From an uncultured Clostridium sp. (GTDB taxonomy: Bacteria > Bacillota > Clostridia > TANB77 > CAG-508), in assembly GCA_902492105.1 (NCBI GenBank), contig CABUKD010000004.1:4301-68300 (forward strand): a DNA stretch of 64,000 bases, read 5' to 3'. This document shows, piece by piece, positions 63,052 to 64,000 of the stretch (the first letter of the stretch is position 1; each line of letters starts with the position of its first letter). The notes beneath the pieces are model-generated. The model searched no databases. It was given only the letters and a program-made list of their open reading frames with translations, and was not told where the DNA came from. The position numbers and the translations under genes are program-made.

Positions 63052-63075
63052 GAATTTGTACTCCCGTACAAATTC
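63052..63075. promoter_or_regulatory. Perfect 10-bp inverted repeat (candidate oriT or recombinase site)
   Basis: GAATTTGTAC-TCCC-GTACAAATTC. It is preceded by GTACAAA...TTTGTAC and followed by the GGGAAATTCCC palindrome, upstream of mobC. Confidence 0.4.
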
Positions 63076-63117
63076 TATTATGGGAAATTCCCATACCCTT
63101 ACTTTGAAAGGATAAAA

Positions 63118-63423
63118 ATGATTATGAGAAAAAGAAATATTAAAATTAATGTATTTTTAAATGAAGATGAAAAACGAATGCTAGTAGAAAAATCTAATAA
63201 AGCCAGACTATCACAGTCTGACTTTATTAGAAAATTAATTAACGATTATGCAAATGATGATGGAACTAAAAGCAATTTAGAAGAAGAAAGGGTACAACTA
63301 TTAAAAATAATTGAAAATTTATCGTTATTAAAACGACAAATGGATTTTCTCGGATATCGAGATTATTCTAATTTAATTATTAGGCAAATCAATCAAATTA
63401 AAAATATTTTAAATGATTGTTAA
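63118..63423 (+). CDS. mobC: MobC-like relaxosome accessory protein (ribbon-helix-helix)
   Basis: ...KINVFLNEDEKRMLVEKSNKARLSQSDFIRKLI... Confidence 0.65.
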   Translation: MIMRKRNIKINVFLNEDEKRMLVEKSNKARLSQSDFIRKLINDYANDDGTKSNLEEERVQLLKIIENLSLLKRQMDFLGYRDYSNLIIRQINQIKNILNDC

Positions 63424-63673
63424 GAAATAATATTATTGTAATTTTTATCACTCCTTTCTATTTTGAGCATAAAAAAAGAGCCTACCATTTCTGATAAGCC
63501 CATAATTATCTATTCGATAAATTGTAATTTGTCGCTATGCTTTATATTGATAACATTTTTGTGTACATAATCATTTACAATCTTTACCATTTATGTTATA
63601 ATAAAGTTATACTGTAATTTACAGTATGTTGCAGTTTTAAGAATATATACTTTATGAAAGGACGGTTGATGTT

Positions 63674-64000
63674 ATGGCTAAAAACTATAACTGGAGAATC
63701 AAACGGGACTACTACAACCTCATCAACAAAGGGATAAAAACCCTTGAGGTAAGAGTTGGATATCCTGATATTAAAAGAGTTCGAGAAGGTGATACAATCA
63801 CTTTTAAGGACTATTCTAATATCAAGTTTGAAGTTGTTCGTGTAACTCGCTATGAAGATTTCCCAGACATGCTCGACAATGAAGATTCCTCTAAGGCAAT
63901 TCCTGGTGTTACTAAGTATAAAGCTTTGGAAATGTATCAGGAAATTTATCCAGAAGAGAAGGAAGCTTTGGGAGTCTATGTGTTTGAACTTCGGAAACAA
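63674..64000 (+). CDS. ASCH-domain protein, C-terminus beyond the window
   Basis: My own translation from ATG 63674: MAKNYNWRIKRDYYNLINKGIKTLEVRVGYPDIKRVREGDTITF...GVYVFELRKQ. The ASCH-like EVR...GD pattern is present. GC-richer than the antisense ORF listed in the track. Confidence 0.6.
   Translation, partial: MAKNYNWRIKRDYYNLINKGIKTLEVRVGYPDIKRVREGDTITFKDYSNIKFEVVRVTRYEDFPDMLDNEDSSKAIPGVTKYKALEMYQEIYPEEKEALGVYVFELRKQ

Noticed and set aside
63596-64000. 134-aa minus-strand ORF in the track
   Set aside because: It is antisense to a better plus-strand ORF (ATG 63674) encoding an ASCH-like protein with sensible composition. The minus-strand translation is low-complexity (F/I/L/N-rich).

Overview
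AT-rich, Clostridia-like chromosomal segment, judged from spoVS, a SpoVB/MOP-type flippase, a class B sortase with a TPKTG-anchored substrate, and a T-box upstream of glyQS. From 1 to about 50.4 kb it is mostly minus-strand housekeeping genes: ymdB, dtd, gpsA, plsY, der, comEB-like deaminase, rpmF, ppdK, glyQS, ispH, ppaC, several ABC transporters, RNase P RNA and tRNA-Leu. Large secreted or surface proteins are interspersed. Six things stand out. (1) A complete diversity-generating retroelement lies at 43.0-46.6 kb. It has a 143-bp TR and VR with adenine-specific differences, an RT, an Avd and a MutS-domain-I-like accessory ORF, and its target is prepilin-like with an FGE/CLec-type C-terminus. 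(2) A paralogous pilin-like gene has its 5' end interrupted by a (CT)14 tract and is currently out of frame. (3) There are three nested-inverted-repeat foldback elements. Two are paralogous copies whose roughly 100-bp core is flipped relative to conserved arms. The third carries an outward promoter between 22-bp inverted repeats upstream of the sortase-anchored surface protein gene. (4) A family of short GTCCC-containing intergenic repeats abuts start and stop codons with a strand rule. (5) All three split genes in the window break at the same CGG-A tetranucleotide, and CGG is otherwise almost absent from native genes. (6) From tRNA-Gly (50448-50521) to the window end lies a composite mobilisable element. 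It carries two large serine recombinases, a MobV relaxase, TnpV, MobC and cargo, including a degenerate-DHH-HEPN fusion protein. All calls come from reading the sequence and ORF translations by eye. RNA ends, repeat ends and some start codons are approximate.
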